64,000 bases of DNA. It comes from an uncultured Pseudomonadota bacterium. Its GTDB lineage: Bacteria; Oederibacteriota; Muellerivitia; Muellerivitales; Muellerivitaceae. Made by a program: the position numbers and the translations under genes. The notes under the pieces are model-generated. The model saw only the letters and a list, made by a program, of their open reading frames with translations. It had not been told where the DNA came from and ran no database searches. Each line of letters opens with the position of its first letter. Position 1 is the first letter of the stretch. This document shows, piece after piece, positions 19,880 to 29,759 of this stretch. The stretch is from contig CAVYRH010000004.1 in assembly GCA_963770835.1 (NCBI GenBank), forward strand, positions 320,001-384,000, given 5' to 3'.

Positions 19880-20389
19880 TTAGCCGAACACTTTTTTGAC
19901 TTCCGGCTTGCGGAAGGAAAACCAGAGCCAGGTGTAAAGGCAGATCATGACCAGGGCCCAAGCCGCGGCGAAGCCGGTGGACATGGCCATCATGCCCTTG
20001 GGGTAGGGCAGGCCGTTGACCGAGGCCTGGTCCGGGAGGGTAAAAACGGACGCTACGGAGAATCCCAGGTTCGACAGGTGGTTCAAAATGAGGAAGGAGA
20101 GGACGACGACGAAACCGGGCGGGGCCCAGGGTTTTTGGTTGAGCATGCCGGTGCAGCAGACCAAGCTTGCGAGGGAAATTAAAAAATGAGCGGCGAAGTA
20201 AACATCCATATGGGCCATCCGCCAGGATTGGACGGGCCCCAAGTTCTGGAACGAATTGGCGAAGATGGGCGGATTGCGGAACAGAAAATGAAACATTAAA
20301 AACATAAGGGAATCGCCCAGGAGACCGAGAATGCCGAGGACGAGAAAGACGATGGCGGTAATGCGGACGAAAGCGGCGGAATTTTTCAT
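19880..20389 (-). CDS. four-TM membrane protein, hypothetical
   Basis: AGGAG RBS; four hydrophobic segments; C-terminal FRKPEVKKVF. Confidence 0.72.
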   Translation of the reverse strand: MKNSAAFVRITAIVFLVLGILGLLGDSLMFLMFHFLFRNPPIFANSFQNLGPVQSWRMAHMDVYFAAHFLISLASLVCCTGMLNQKPWAPPGFVVVLSFLILNHLSNLGFSVASVFTLPDQASVNGLPYPKGMMAMSTGFAAAWALVMICLYTWLWFSFRKPEVKKVFG

Positions 20390-20521
20390 AGCTTTCTCCT
20401 CTGATAAGATCCGCGAAAATAATGCCCTAAGATAGCATCCCCGGGCCTTCCTGTCCCTTACGCAAATCCGCTATTCCGCGGTTGTTTGGTTTGTGAATCT
20501 TCGGCAAGGGTGGGGCTTGCC

Positions 20522-21598
20522 TCAGGCGTGCTTTTTGGTCTTGGCCTTGGGGGAAAGGGCGGCGATCCAGCCGTTGGCCATGTCCTCGAGGCTGACGGCC
20601 TTGGCCCACTCGAAACCCGCTTGGGCCTCCGTGGGGGAAAAGCTGGACTGCAGGGCCATTGCCATCGCCACCATGCGGTCCTTGGTTTGCTGGCGGCAGG
20701 CGGGGTGGGAGAGGGTTACCATCAAGAGGCCGATGGCCTTTCGTTCATCGCCCTTGGCCTTCAAGAGCTGGGCCACGCCCGTGAGGGTGTCCGCCAGGAG
20801 GGGCCGGCACTCGGTGGAAAGCACGAGTTGGACGGCTTTTTGAAAATGCCCCTCAGCCTCCGAAATCTTTTTTTGCCCGCAGGCGATTTCCCCCAAATGA
20901 ATGAGGACGGAAACTTGGCCGAGGACATCCCTCAAGCGCGTGAAACCCTGGAGGGCCTCGGCAAACCGCTCCTTGGCCGGGTCTGATTTTCCCTTGAAGA
21001 AATCCACCGTGGCCATGTGGAAGGAATTCCAGGACTCCACCTGCAGATTTTGGCCTAACCCCTCTACCAGGGTATAGGCCATCTGGTAATGCCGCTCGGC
21101 CCCTTCGCCGTCCCGCATGGCCAGGCGCAGGTTACCCATCAAGTCGTGGACCCAGGCCTCACCCGATACGTCCTGGGCGGCATGATAAAAATTAAGGGCG
21201 TCCTGCAGGAGGCGGGCGGACTCCTGATAGTCCCCAGTAGCCCAACCCACGTTCCCTAAATGGGCCTTGCTGCGCGCGATACCTTGGTAGTCGTTCAAGT
21301 TTTGGAAGAGAGCCAGGCTTTCCTCGTAATCCCTCTTAGCCTGGGAGTACTCACCCAGAATTTCCTTGGCGCGGCCCAGCCGCGTGAGGGTGAGGCCTGC
21401 CCCCGCCGTATCGCCTTCGGCGCGGTAGTACTCAAGACTTTTCTGGTAGGACTCCTTGGCTTTTTTGAAACGGCCCTCCTTAAAACATTGGTCGCCCTGT
21501 TGGTGAAGGAAGTAGGATTTTTTCGAAAGCATTTCCTTGGCCTTGAAGGATTTGGGCCGAAGGGGATTTGAGTTTTGGTCCCTTGTAAAGTCAAACAT
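20522..21598 (-). CDS. tetratricopeptide repeat protein
   Basis: Tandem ~40-aa TPR-like helices (LG....G.Y..A...YEESLALF). Confidence 0.85.
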   Translation of the reverse strand: MFDFTRDQNSNPLRPKSFKAKEMLSKKSYFLHQQGDQCFKEGRFKKAKESYQKSLEYYRAEGDTAGAGLTLTRLGRAKEILGEYSQAKRDYEESLALFQNLNDYQGIARSKAHLGNVGWATGDYQESARLLQDALNFYHAAQDVSGEAWVHDLMGNLRLAMRDGEGAERHYQMAYTLVEGLGQNLQVESWNSFHMATVDFFKGKSDPAKERFAEALQGFTRLRDVLGQVSVLIHLGEIACGQKKISEAEGHFQKAVQLVLSTECRPLLADTLTGVAQLLKAKGDERKAIGLLMVTLSHPACRQQTKDRMVAMAMALQSSFSPTEAQAGFEWAKAVSLEDMANGWIAALSPKAKTKKHA

Positions 21599-21760
21599 TG
21601 GGCAGCCTCTTCTCTAAAAACGTTTTTATAAGAACTTAGTTTTATGGCGTCAGAAAGTATGGCTAGGGATATTTTACCCCTTTTAACTTACGGTTTTAAC
21701 TAGCTATTTTGGAAAAAACAAGACCGTTATTTCGGCGATGTTTAGGAAGGTTTTGAACCC

Positions 21761-22150
21761 TTAAGGCCCGCTGACCACCATGTTTTGGCAGGCGGCGCCT
21801 TGGCTCACCTTTACGACGTAGAGATCGCCTGCGTTAGCCTGGAAGTTGTCACTATAACTCAACGAAGAATTTTGAAATTCGCAAGCGGGCCCGCTACAGC
21901 CGCCTCCCGCAGTCAAATTCACCGTATGGCTACCCGAGGAAACCGATGGGAAGGTGTAAACCGAGCCGTTTCCTATAGTGGCGGTGGGGCCACCATCCAA
22001 GTTCGCCTGGAGATTACAGCTGCTGCCGCCAAGGGTGTTGCTCACCTCGATAGTGGCCTTGGAGCTTTGGGGGCTGAATATATTACAACCAGCGGCCAAG
22101 GTCCCCAAGAAGGCCAAGGCTAAACCCCAACTTAAAAACCCTTGTTTCAT
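21761..22150 (-). CDS. small lipoprotein
   Basis: GGAGG RBS before ATG 22150; lipobox LAAG-C; beta-rich domain with four further Cys. Confidence 0.72.
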   Translation of the reverse strand: MKQGFLSWGLALAFLGTLAAGCNIFSPQSSKATIEVSNTLGGSSCNLQANLDGGPTATIGNGSVYTFPSVSSGSHTVNLTAGGGCSGPACEFQNSSLSYSDNFQANAGDLYVVKVSQGAACQNMVVSGP

Positions 22151-22313
22151 CGTCTCAAACCTCCGAGCAAACAATCCCAATCTACTTTCAGCTTTATTAT
22201 GACGTCGAAAAAGCTCAAAAAGATTCACGGGACATAAAAATAGGCCCTTTTTTAGCATTTTTCAAGGGCTTTCAGCGGTTGGTGAGCTCCCCACAAACCA
22301 GGGTGGGAAAAGC

Positions 22314-22721
22314 TCATTCTCCCCTTTTCCAAAGAAAATAGGAAAAAACCGCCAGGAGGAAACCAGCGGCCATGGCCACCCACATCAAGGTACGGCTTTG
22401 GGGGCTTTCATCGTAGGCGAAGAGGGGGTCATCGACGGGCCAAAGCCATACCTGGCGGTCTAGGAGGTTGACGTAACGCGCGGAAGTCCATGCGACGAGA
22501 TCGCAAATTTGGGCGAGCTTCTCTTTGGGGGTCACCGCGACGTTGTAAACTCCCACGAAGTTGCCGCCGCCCAAGGCCACCGATTGGGTCAAATGGAAGA
22601 CCTGGGAGACCTCGCCCCGTTCCCCGAAATACCGCACGGAGAAAAGGGTTACAAAGACCCCGAGGCAACCCAGGGCCAGGAGGAAAAAGGCCAGGCTTAA
22701 TAGGCGGCGTAAGAAAAGGAT
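22314..22721 (-). CDS. two-TM membrane protein, start uncertain
   Basis: Frame is open upstream of GTG 22637 through a hydrophobic helix to an in-frame TAA at 22725-22727; C-terminal TM helix. Confidence 0.5.
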   Translation of the reverse strand: MLFLRRLLSLAFFLLALGCLGVFVTLFSVRYFGERGEVSQVFHLTQSVALGGGNFVGVYNVAVTPKEKLAQICDLVAWTSARYVNLLDRQVWLWPVDDPLFAYDESPQSRTLMWVAMAAGFLLAVFSYFLWKRGE

Positions 22722-22774
22722 GGGTTACCCCCGGGATGGAAACCGACTTTTCCCATTATAACCCCGGAAGGATT

Positions 22775-23614
22775 TCAGGGATTGGCGAACTCCACACAGC
22801 GCATGGAGAGGGTGCCGTACTCAAAACCGGTATGAGGGTAGATTACTTGGGGCTTGCCCGCGACGCCAGCGGCGGCCGCCGCGGCCAAAAGAGGGGTGTA
22901 GTGGTCGTCGGTGGGGTGGGCGAAGCGGGCGCCGGGGGCCTGGGTGGCATAACGGGCCAGGGTTTCCAGGTCGAAACTTTCCAGTTTTTCCACGGCCCAT
23001 TGGTCGAATTCCTTGGCCCAGGTTTCCACATGCCCGTAACGGTCGGCGAAATCAACCTTCCCCAGGTTGTGGGTCAAATTGCCGCTCCCCAGGATCAGCA
23101 CCCCTTGGGATCTTAAGGGCGCCAGGGCCCGGCCCAGGGCGAGGTGCTCCTCCATCGGCACCCGGGTGCCGATGGAAACCTGCAGGACCGGAATATCCGC
23201 TCCCGGGAACAAATGCAAAAGGGGCACCCAGGCCCCGTGGTCCAGGCCCCGGGTGGGGCTCTCGATGGGTTTCAAACCCGCTTGGGTCAGGAGCGAAAAG
23301 GCTTCCTTGCCAAGCGCGGGCGCGGGCGGAGCCGGATAAGTGACCTGATAGAGATCGTCCGGGAAACCGTAGAAATCGTAGATGAGGCCAGCCCCTGCCG
23401 TGGGCCCCAAATGGGGGGGACGGTCCAGCCAATGGGCGGAAATCACGAGGATGGCCTTGGGCTTGGCTCCCCGGCCAGGCTCGGGGTTGAGAAGGGATTT
23501 TCCCCAAAGCTTCCAAGCCTCGACGGCCGGGCCCTTTTTTTCCAGCCCGAGGGTGGGCGCGCCATGGCCGATGAAACCGACGGACATCAGGTTGGAGTTT
23601 TTTGAGGATTCCAT
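22775..23614 (-). CDS. class III extradiol dioxygenase (DODA/YgiD/LigB family)
   Basis: GHGAP, ISAHW, IYDFYGFP, RGLDHGAW, GSGNLTHNL and AHPTDDHY motifs. Confidence 0.92.
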   Translation of the reverse strand: MESSKNSNLMSVGFIGHGAPTLGLEKKGPAVEAWKLWGKSLLNPEPGRGAKPKAILVISAHWLDRPPHLGPTAGAGLIYDFYGFPDDLYQVTYPAPPAPALGKEAFSLLTQAGLKPIESPTRGLDHGAWVPLLHLFPGADIPVLQVSIGTRVPMEEHLALGRALAPLRSQGVLILGSGNLTHNLGKVDFADRYGHVETWAKEFDQWAVEKLESFDLETLARYATQAPGARFAHPTDDHYTPLLAAAAAAGVAGKPQVIYPHTGFEYGTLSMRCVEFANP

Positions 23615-23729
23615 GGGTCCTCCTTTCCGGTTGCCTCAAGATAAGGGTTTTTCCCGGAAAGGGAAGGGACTTTAAAGGCGACGGGCCCTTTTGAAAGTTA
23701 CTTCACGGTAAGCGGGCCAGCGGAAGGTT

Positions 23730-23915
23730 TTAGTTGGATTTCTTGGGGGGAGGGGCCGAATCCTTCACGTCCTTGCTCCAGTCCCAAAAAAGCGAGGTGG
23801 AAGACTGGGGCTTTTTCCGGTTTTCCATCAACTTCGAGCGGAAGAATTGCCTCCATTTTTCATCGGAAGAACGGAGGTGGCGGTCATTATTGGGTAAAGG
23901 TGTTGAAGATTTCAT
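23730..23915 (-). CDS. small hypothetical protein
   Basis: 61-aa ATG ORF fills an intergenic gap; no recognisable motif. Confidence 0.35.
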   Translation of the reverse strand: MKSSTPLPNNDRHLRSSDEKWRQFFRSKLMENRKKPQSSTSLFWDWSKDVKDSAPPPKKSN

Positions 23916-24112
23916 GAAGGCCCTTGCCTGGGGAATAAAGATATCCTTATACGGAAAGAAAGCAAAGGCAAGGTAAAAGTCCGGTAAAAGCGGCGAAAAT
24001 TTTAAAGGGGTCGCAATTTGTGCATTGAAAATGGATGGGAAAACGAATCTTGCCTAAAAAATGACGGGTGTGTCCGGGGTGGAAAGGGAAAAAACACAGG
24101 GACAGCCGGCTC

Positions 24113-24862
24113 TTATGGTTCGTTGTTTGTGGGCGTGGCCTGGGCGTCGTCCCAGGCCGAGGCGCGTTTGCGGGCTTCGGCGACTTGCGCGCCCGTCATC
24201 CGGTTTTCCAGCCACTCGATGTCGTTCCTCAGGTCCTCCACTTGGGCATCCGACAGGGAACGGTTCTTGAGGGCGATGGAAAACCATTTATGGGATTCCA
24301 CGAAATCCTTGGGGGCGCCCTCACCCAGGGACAACGTCTGGGCCAGGTTCACCTGGGCGTCGGCGTTGCCCTGGTCGGCGGCTTTTTTAAACCATAGGAG
24401 CGCCTGGTCGTAATCCTTTTTCACCCCCAAGCCCCGCCCGTAGACCAAGCCCAGGTTGCCCTGGGCCGAAGCCAGTCCCTGGTCGGCGGCTTTTTGGAAC
24501 CAAACCAGGGCTTCCGCGTCGTCCTCCTTCACGCCCAGGCCCTTGAGGTAAAGAAAGCCCAAATTATTTTCGGAAGCCGCGTCGCCTTTCTTGGCGCCAC
24601 GGGTCATCCAATGGAAAGCCTTCTGTAAATCCGGGGCGCAGCCTAGGCCCTTTTCGTACATCAACCCCAGGGTTCCCATGGCTACAGCGTCGCCCCTCTG
24701 GGCCTCATTGAAGGTCGTTTGAAACTCCTCGTGGTCTTCCGCGCTTTGGGGGGTGGGTTCCAAAATCCCCTGCGCGCAAAGGGTGGAGCCAAGGAACAAG
24801 AGGGGAAGAATCCATAAATAGGAAAGACGCATTTCCATAAGATACACCAAAATTCTTTTCAT
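24113..24862 (-). CDS. secreted Sel1-like repeat protein
   Basis: Signal-like N-terminus; four A..NLG..Y..G.GV..D...A..WF.KAA.QG-type repeats; start could be 24832. Confidence 0.88.
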   Translation of the reverse strand: MKRILVYLMEMRLSYLWILPLLFLGSTLCAQGILEPTPQSAEDHEEFQTTFNEAQRGDAVAMGTLGLMYEKGLGCAPDLQKAFHWMTRGAKKGDAASENNLGFLYLKGLGVKEDDAEALVWFQKAADQGLASAQGNLGLVYGRGLGVKKDYDQALLWFKKAADQGNADAQVNLAQTLSLGEGAPKDFVESHKWFSIALKNRSLSDAQVEDLRNDIEWLENRMTGAQVAEARKRASAWDDAQATPTNNEP

Positions 24863-24900
24863 CCTGTTTCTTTCGGGGCCGGGTAGGGTATTCTTATTCC

Positions 24901-25272
24901 ATGAAAAAGCAATTATTGGTGGGAATTTTCCTAAGCTTGATGGCGGCGAGTTTGGGTATCTGGGCCCAGGCTGTGATTGGGCAGAATTCCTATCCAGTCC
25001 AAGGCTCGGGACTCCAGGTTTACCCCACGCCCTCCATGCCCTATTCAAGGTATCCCTATACCCACAAGAAGCGGATGCCCAAGAAAGCCACGCCGGCCAA
25101 TGGGAAGTTCTTCGCCCTCTATCCCACACCCCAGGCTGCGCCCTTGAAGACCCAAAAGATGATGATGAAGCTGCCGCCCAACCGCGGGGTTTCAGTCGTG
25201 GGACCCCGCTCCATCCACTATCCCACCCTTTACCGAAACCCGACCCCCGTTAGAATCCTGGGTTCCCACTAA
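24901..25272 (+). CDS. secreted basic Pro-rich hypothetical protein
   Basis: Signal peptide MKKQLLVGIFLSLMAASLGIWAQA; repeated YPTP motifs. Confidence 0.6.
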   Translation: MKKQLLVGIFLSLMAASLGIWAQAVIGQNSYPVQGSGLQVYPTPSMPYSRYPYTHKKRMPKKATPANGKFFALYPTPQAAPLKTQKMMMKLPPNRGVSVVGPRSIHYPTLYRNPTPVRILGSH

Positions 25273-25357
25273 AGCCCGCTGAGGTCCTCAAATCTCTTAA
25301 ATTTGAGGCCGGTTATCCCCTGGATCTTTTCCTTGTAGCGGATGGCGGAAAGCCAGA

Positions 25358-25948
25358 TCAGTGGTTTCCCTTGCCCCAGATGCCGTCCAGGTATTCATCC
25401 CGGCCCGAGTTATCGTGGTACATCTGGTAATGGAAGGGGTTTTTCTTGTAGTAGTCCTGGTGGTAGTCCTCGGCGGGATAAAAATTGACGTATTTCTTGA
25501 CGGGCACCACGATGGGTTTGTCGTAACGGCCGGACTTATTGAGGTCCGCGCGGGATTTCTCGGCGGTTTTTTCCTGTTGTGCGTCTTGGTAAAAAATGGC
25601 GGCGCGGTAATGGGGGCCCCGGTCCACGAACTGGCCGTTGGGGTCGGTGGGATTGATCTGCCTCCAAAACACGTCCACCAGCTGGGCATAGGTGATCTTG
25701 GACGGGTCGTAGAGGATTTGCACTCCTTCGGTATAGCCCTTGTCCCCGTAATCGTCGTAAGTGGGGTCGGGCCCGGTGCCGTCGGTGTAGCCGGCGATAA
25801 CTTTTATGACGCCGGGAAGCTTTTCGAAGGGCGGCGTCATGCACCAGAAACAGCCGCCCGCGAAGGTGGCGGTTTCGGTCTTGGGTTTGGCGTCGGCGAA
25901 GGTTGTCATGCCGGTCAATATAAGAAGGCCCGCGAGAAATTTCCGCAT
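25358..25948 (-). CDS. msrA: peptide-methionine (S)-S-oxide reductase with signal peptide
   Basis: FAGGCFWC, GQFVDRGPHYRAAIF and FYPAEDYHQDYY motifs; AAGGAG RBS. Confidence 0.95.
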   Translation of the reverse strand: MRKFLAGLLILTGMTTFADAKPKTETATFAGGCFWCMTPPFEKLPGVIKVIAGYTDGTGPDPTYDDYGDKGYTEGVQILYDPSKITYAQLVDVFWRQINPTDPNGQFVDRGPHYRAAIFYQDAQQEKTAEKSRADLNKSGRYDKPIVVPVKKYVNFYPAEDYHQDYYKKNPFHYQMYHDNSGRDEYLDGIWGKGNH

Positions 25949-26017
25949 TTTTTTGGCTCCTTTGAACAAGCTAAAAAGGAATACGGCTGATTTTCAAGAG
26001 AGTTACATCTAAAACCA

Positions 26018-26096
26018 GATGTTAGGTATTAGGTCTTAGCAAATGCTTTCAAGCGAGCCTAAAACCCAAGACCTAACACCTAAGAGCTAACAACTT
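26018..26096. repeat. inverted heptamer tandem repeats
   Basis: ATGTTAG GTATTAG GTCTTAG followed by CCTAAAA CCCAAGA CCTAACA CCTAAGA GCTAACA. Confidence 0.75.
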
Positions 26097-26100
26097 ATTT

Positions 26101-28236
26101 TCAGGGCTTGGGCCGGGCGGCTTCGACTTGGGTGTCGAGGGATTTGCTCCATTCCTCCGGCGTTGTGCTTTTCAGCTTGTCCAACTGGCCGGCGGCCAGG
26201 ACCAACTTGTATATAGCAGGGACCACCGCGATTTCCACCTGGGCCTTGGGTTCCCAAGCGTGCGCCAAGACTTGGATGGATTTGTCGACCCAGTCCGAAG
26301 GGGCGGTTTTACCGGACTTGAGATGCCGGAGCGCTTTCAAACCCACCTGGGCCGAGGCCGAAAGATCCTGGGACTGGGCTTGGGCGTCGTCCAGAAGATC
26401 GGATTTTTCGAGAAGCGGTTCCGCGGCCTTGTGGTTCTTCACCCAGTTTTCCAAATTCTTCCGTAAGGCGTCCGAATCCCCCTTGGGGATTTCCTTCAAG
26501 TAAGCCTCAACCGCGATGTGGAAATGCCGGGCCGATTGGCTTTCGGGGCGCACCGCGTCCACCAAGCGGTTCAAGGGAAAGTCGCTGGAATAATTACCCC
26601 ACTTGTGGCGCTGGTAGTTCTTCACGGGTTCCAACACGTCCGCCAGGGTTTGGAGGGGTCCCGCGTCCCCCCCGTCCGCCAGGCGTTGGAGCATGGGGAG
26701 GTAGCTGGAAAGGTGGGTCAGTCCCACTTCATCGAGGCGCCCGCTTTCCACTTCCATGCGCCGGTAGAAATCATCCATGTCCTTGACGCCCGCGGGCGAC
26801 CAAAGGCGCTCGGCCACCGCCAGGGCGGCGGGCCAAATACGTGAGTCCACGTTCTCCGGCGATACCAATTCGGTCCACATGCAGGCTTCCCCGCCCAAAA
26901 TATGGGCCGCTTGTTCGGGCGTGAGGCCCGCATTGCCGGGAACGGGGTCCATGGCGTAGTGGGAGGCGGCGGGAAGGGCCAGGTCCAGGTAATAACCGTT
27001 GGAGAGGATGCCGTCGAAACCCAGTTTTGCGCATTGGGCCAGGGAGTCGGCGCCGCGCCAGGACTGCACGAGGATGTTCTTTGGCAATCCGGGATGGAAG
27101 ATTTCGTCCCAGCCCACCATTTTTTTATGGTGCCCCGCGAGGATTTTCTCCAGCCGCCCGTTGAAGTAGCCTTGCAGGTCCTCGTTGGTCTTGAGGCCTT
27201 GGGCGAACATGAAGCGCTGGATACCGGGGTTCTCGTTCCAATGCTTCCCGTTCACCTCGTCCCCCCCGATGTGGAAGTAGTCGTCCGGGAAGAGGGCCGC
27301 CATTTCGCCAACAAAGCTGTCGAGAAAGCGGTAGGTTTCCTCCGAGGCTGGGTTGAGGCAGGGGTCGAAAACGCCGAACTTTTTCTCCACTTCATAGGGG
27401 CCCGGCGCGGAGGCCAACTCCGAATAGCCCACCAGCCAGGCCGTGGAGTGGCCGGGCACGTCGAACTCCGGCACCACCCGGATGCCGCGCTCCCGAGCGT
27501 AGGCCAGGATTTCCCTCACCTGGTCCTGGGTGTAATAAAGCCCGTTGGAGCCCATTTCGTGGAGCTTGGGGTAGGTTTTGCATTCCACCCGGAATCCTTG
27601 GTTCTCCGAGAGGTGCCAGTGGAACACGTTCAGCTTGGCTTCCTCCATGCCGTCGAGGTTCCGCTTGATGACTTCAGGAGGCATCCAATGCCGGCAGGCG
27701 TCGATCATCAGGCCCCGCCAGGGAAAGCGCGGATTGTCGTGGATTTCCACACAAGGGACCACGCAATGGCCGGAGCCGCCGGATGGGATCAACTGGAGAA
27801 GGGTCTGAAGCCCGTGCAGGATGCCCAGCGGGTTGGGGGCACTGAGGAGCGCTTTTTCAGGCGTCACTTTCAGGGTGTAGGATTCGTCTTCCCGGACGAA
27901 TTGAACCGGAAGGCCCGCGTTTTGATAGTCGATGAAGAGGGTGGGGGGAAGGGGGCCGGAGGCTTGGGAAAGGTCGCCCACTCCCTGGATTTGAGTCCTC
28001 CGGGCGACGCGGGCCACGAAGCGGCGGAGGGCGGAGGCTATCCGGGAATCCCGGGGCCCCTTTACTTGAATTCCGTAACCGGACTTGAGCGTCCATTCAC
28101 CCGGCTGCCAGGCCACCTTGGCGGGAAGGGGAAGCAAGACCGGTTTGTCCTCGGTTGAATCCACGGCCCACCCCTTAATGAAAATGGAAAAGCAAAGCAG
28201 GAACGGGGCCAGGCGGCCCCAAACCAGTTTATTCAT
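26101..28236 (-). CDS. GH20 beta-N-acetylhexosaminidase
   Basis: DNPRFPWRGLMID, KLNVFHWHL, PEFDVPGHS, catalytic FHIGGDEV, GGEACMWTE and AERLWS motifs; signal peptide. Confidence 0.95.
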   Translation of the reverse strand: MNKLVWGRLAPFLLCFSIFIKGWAVDSTEDKPVLLPLPAKVAWQPGEWTLKSGYGIQVKGPRDSRIASALRRFVARVARRTQIQGVGDLSQASGPLPPTLFIDYQNAGLPVQFVREDESYTLKVTPEKALLSAPNPLGILHGLQTLLQLIPSGGSGHCVVPCVEIHDNPRFPWRGLMIDACRHWMPPEVIKRNLDGMEEAKLNVFHWHLSENQGFRVECKTYPKLHEMGSNGLYYTQDQVREILAYARERGIRVVPEFDVPGHSTAWLVGYSELASAPGPYEVEKKFGVFDPCLNPASEETYRFLDSFVGEMAALFPDDYFHIGGDEVNGKHWNENPGIQRFMFAQGLKTNEDLQGYFNGRLEKILAGHHKKMVGWDEIFHPGLPKNILVQSWRGADSLAQCAKLGFDGILSNGYYLDLALPAASHYAMDPVPGNAGLTPEQAAHILGGEACMWTELVSPENVDSRIWPAALAVAERLWSPAGVKDMDDFYRRMEVESGRLDEVGLTHLSSYLPMLQRLADGGDAGPLQTLADVLEPVKNYQRHKWGNYSSDFPLNRLVDAVRPESQSARHFHIAVEAYLKEIPKGDSDALRKNLENWVKNHKAAEPLLEKSDLLDDAQAQSQDLSASAQVGLKALRHLKSGKTAPSDWVDKSIQVLAHAWEPKAQVEIAVVPAIYKLVLAAGQLDKLKSTTPEEWSKSLDTQVEAARPKP

Positions 28237-28294
28237 GGAGAACCCCGGCTGGAAGGATGGAATGACGGTTCATCCTACCGGGGAGGGGACAAAT

Positions 28295-28327
28295 AAAAAA
28301 GGCCGTTTCTCGGAAGAGAAACGGCCT
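28295..28327 (-). terminator. rho-independent terminator
   Basis: Minus strand GGCCGTTTCTC-TTCC-GAGAAACGGCC-TTTTTT just after the 28341 stop. Confidence 0.8.
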
Positions 28328-28340
28328 GTCTGCCAGTTGT

Positions 28341-29645
28341 TTAAAGGCTGTAAAAATTAAGGGCGAGATCCACATCCACACCCGTGAAATCAATCGTGCT
28401 GTATTTGTTGCCGTTGGCACCGCCGATTTGGGTTTGGTCCTCGATAAAGACCGCGGGGTTGTTGTCGAGGGCCGTAATACCCGTCTCGGTCGCCAGACCC
28501 ACGTTGGCGGAATTGCCGTTCACGTCGGTAATCGTGCCTTGGAAATTGGTCAGCTTGGCGTAACGGCCTTCTACGAAAAGGGAAATGCTCATGTTGCGGG
28601 AAATGGCGAAATCCCGGCCGATACTCGCCTGGAAACCCGGGGCCCCGGCGGTCAAGTCGCCCGAATACTGATCGGCCTGGGTGGGGTCGTTGTCTTGGAT
28701 TACAGAGCTGTAGTTACGATTTACATGCACATCCGCGAAGTAATACCCAGCCCCGACGCTCACGAAAAAGCGGCCGTCGTGATCGGGCAAGAACAAGTAA
28801 TAATCCAGCGTGATCGGGATGATATAGGGCGAAATCGTGGTTTGGTCATAGTCCGAATCATAGCTGGTCGATCCGATAATGGTCGGCCCGTTGTTGTAAG
28901 TGACGTTCAGGTTATAGTCCGCCATATTCACGTATTTCACGCCCAAGGCCAAGCCGTTGTTGGGGTTGATCAAGAAGCCCAGCTCAAACCCCAGGTTCAA
29001 TCCGTCATTCGAAGCAATAGCCGATCCGCTCCAACCGAAATTCGCGATATCCGTGTTCCAGGAATTGGCACTGGTGATAAGGTCTCCGCCACGGGAATTG
29101 GTGTAGCCGATTGAGAATTGGGTCCAGATCTTGGCGTGGTCCATGGGAGCCAGGTCGTCGTTGTAATTCACCACTGGCTCGGGGCGGCGGAAGGGACGGC
29201 GGCGCTTGATGATAACAGTTTGCGATTCAGTGACGGGCTGGCTTTCGTCAAAGCTCCCACCGGGATTGGAGGGGGCGGAGACGGCCGGTCCCGAAGGGGC
29301 CGACGCAGCCGGGACCTGGGCCTGCACGCCAGAGGCGGTCAAACTGTTGACCTGTGCCTGAACGGTTGGGTTATTGGAGTTGATCTGAAGGCTTTTCTGG
29401 TAGGCGCCCAGCGCCTCCGCGTTGGCGTTCATCTTCATATAAGAGTCGCCCATGGCTTGGTAGGACTGCCAGTCATTGGGATCGGCTGAAACCGCCTGTT
29501 GGAAATAATCGACGGCCTTCGCGTAAAGCCCCCGTTGGAAAAGGGCCTGGCCCATATCCCGGTAATCCTGGGCCGTATCAGCCAACAGCGCAGCCGGAGC
29601 CAAGGATAGGAAAGAAAACAAGATAGCCAATGTCATTTTTTTCAT
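28341..29645 (-). CDS. TPR domain fused to an outer-membrane beta-barrel
   Basis: Signal peptide; two TPRs; Pro-rich linker; amphipathic strands (LGFELGFLI, FFVSVGAGYYF, LFVEGRY); C-terminal LALNFYSL. Confidence 0.78.
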   Translation of the reverse strand: MKKMTLAILFSFLSLAPAALLADTAQDYRDMGQALFQRGLYAKAVDYFQQAVSADPNDWQSYQAMGDSYMKMNANAEALGAYQKSLQINSNNPTVQAQVNSLTASGVQAQVPAASAPSGPAVSAPSNPGGSFDESQPVTESQTVIIKRRRPFRRPEPVVNYNDDLAPMDHAKIWTQFSIGYTNSRGGDLITSANSWNTDIANFGWSGSAIASNDGLNLGFELGFLINPNNGLALGVKYVNMADYNLNVTYNNGPTIIGSTSYDSDYDQTTISPYIIPITLDYYLFLPDHDGRFFVSVGAGYYFADVHVNRNYSSVIQDNDPTQADQYSGDLTAGAPGFQASIGRDFAISRNMSISLFVEGRYAKLTNFQGTITDVNGNSANVGLATETGITALDNNPAVFIEDQTQIGGANGNKYSTIDFTGVDVDLALNFYSL

Positions 29646-29759
29646 TTTTCACCTCGCCATATTTGGACGCACCAGGGGGCAAAAACGTTTCGTGGGAAGG
29701 TAAAAAAACACTTTCAAAAAGAATATTATCGAAAACCACGGGATAAAGAAAGGCAAGGG

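Noticed and set aside
29662..29692. GAAAC-N17-CGTC ECF-like promoter upstream of the TPR-barrel gene
   Set aside because: Single instance; similar CGTC sites elsewhere have inconsistent spacing.
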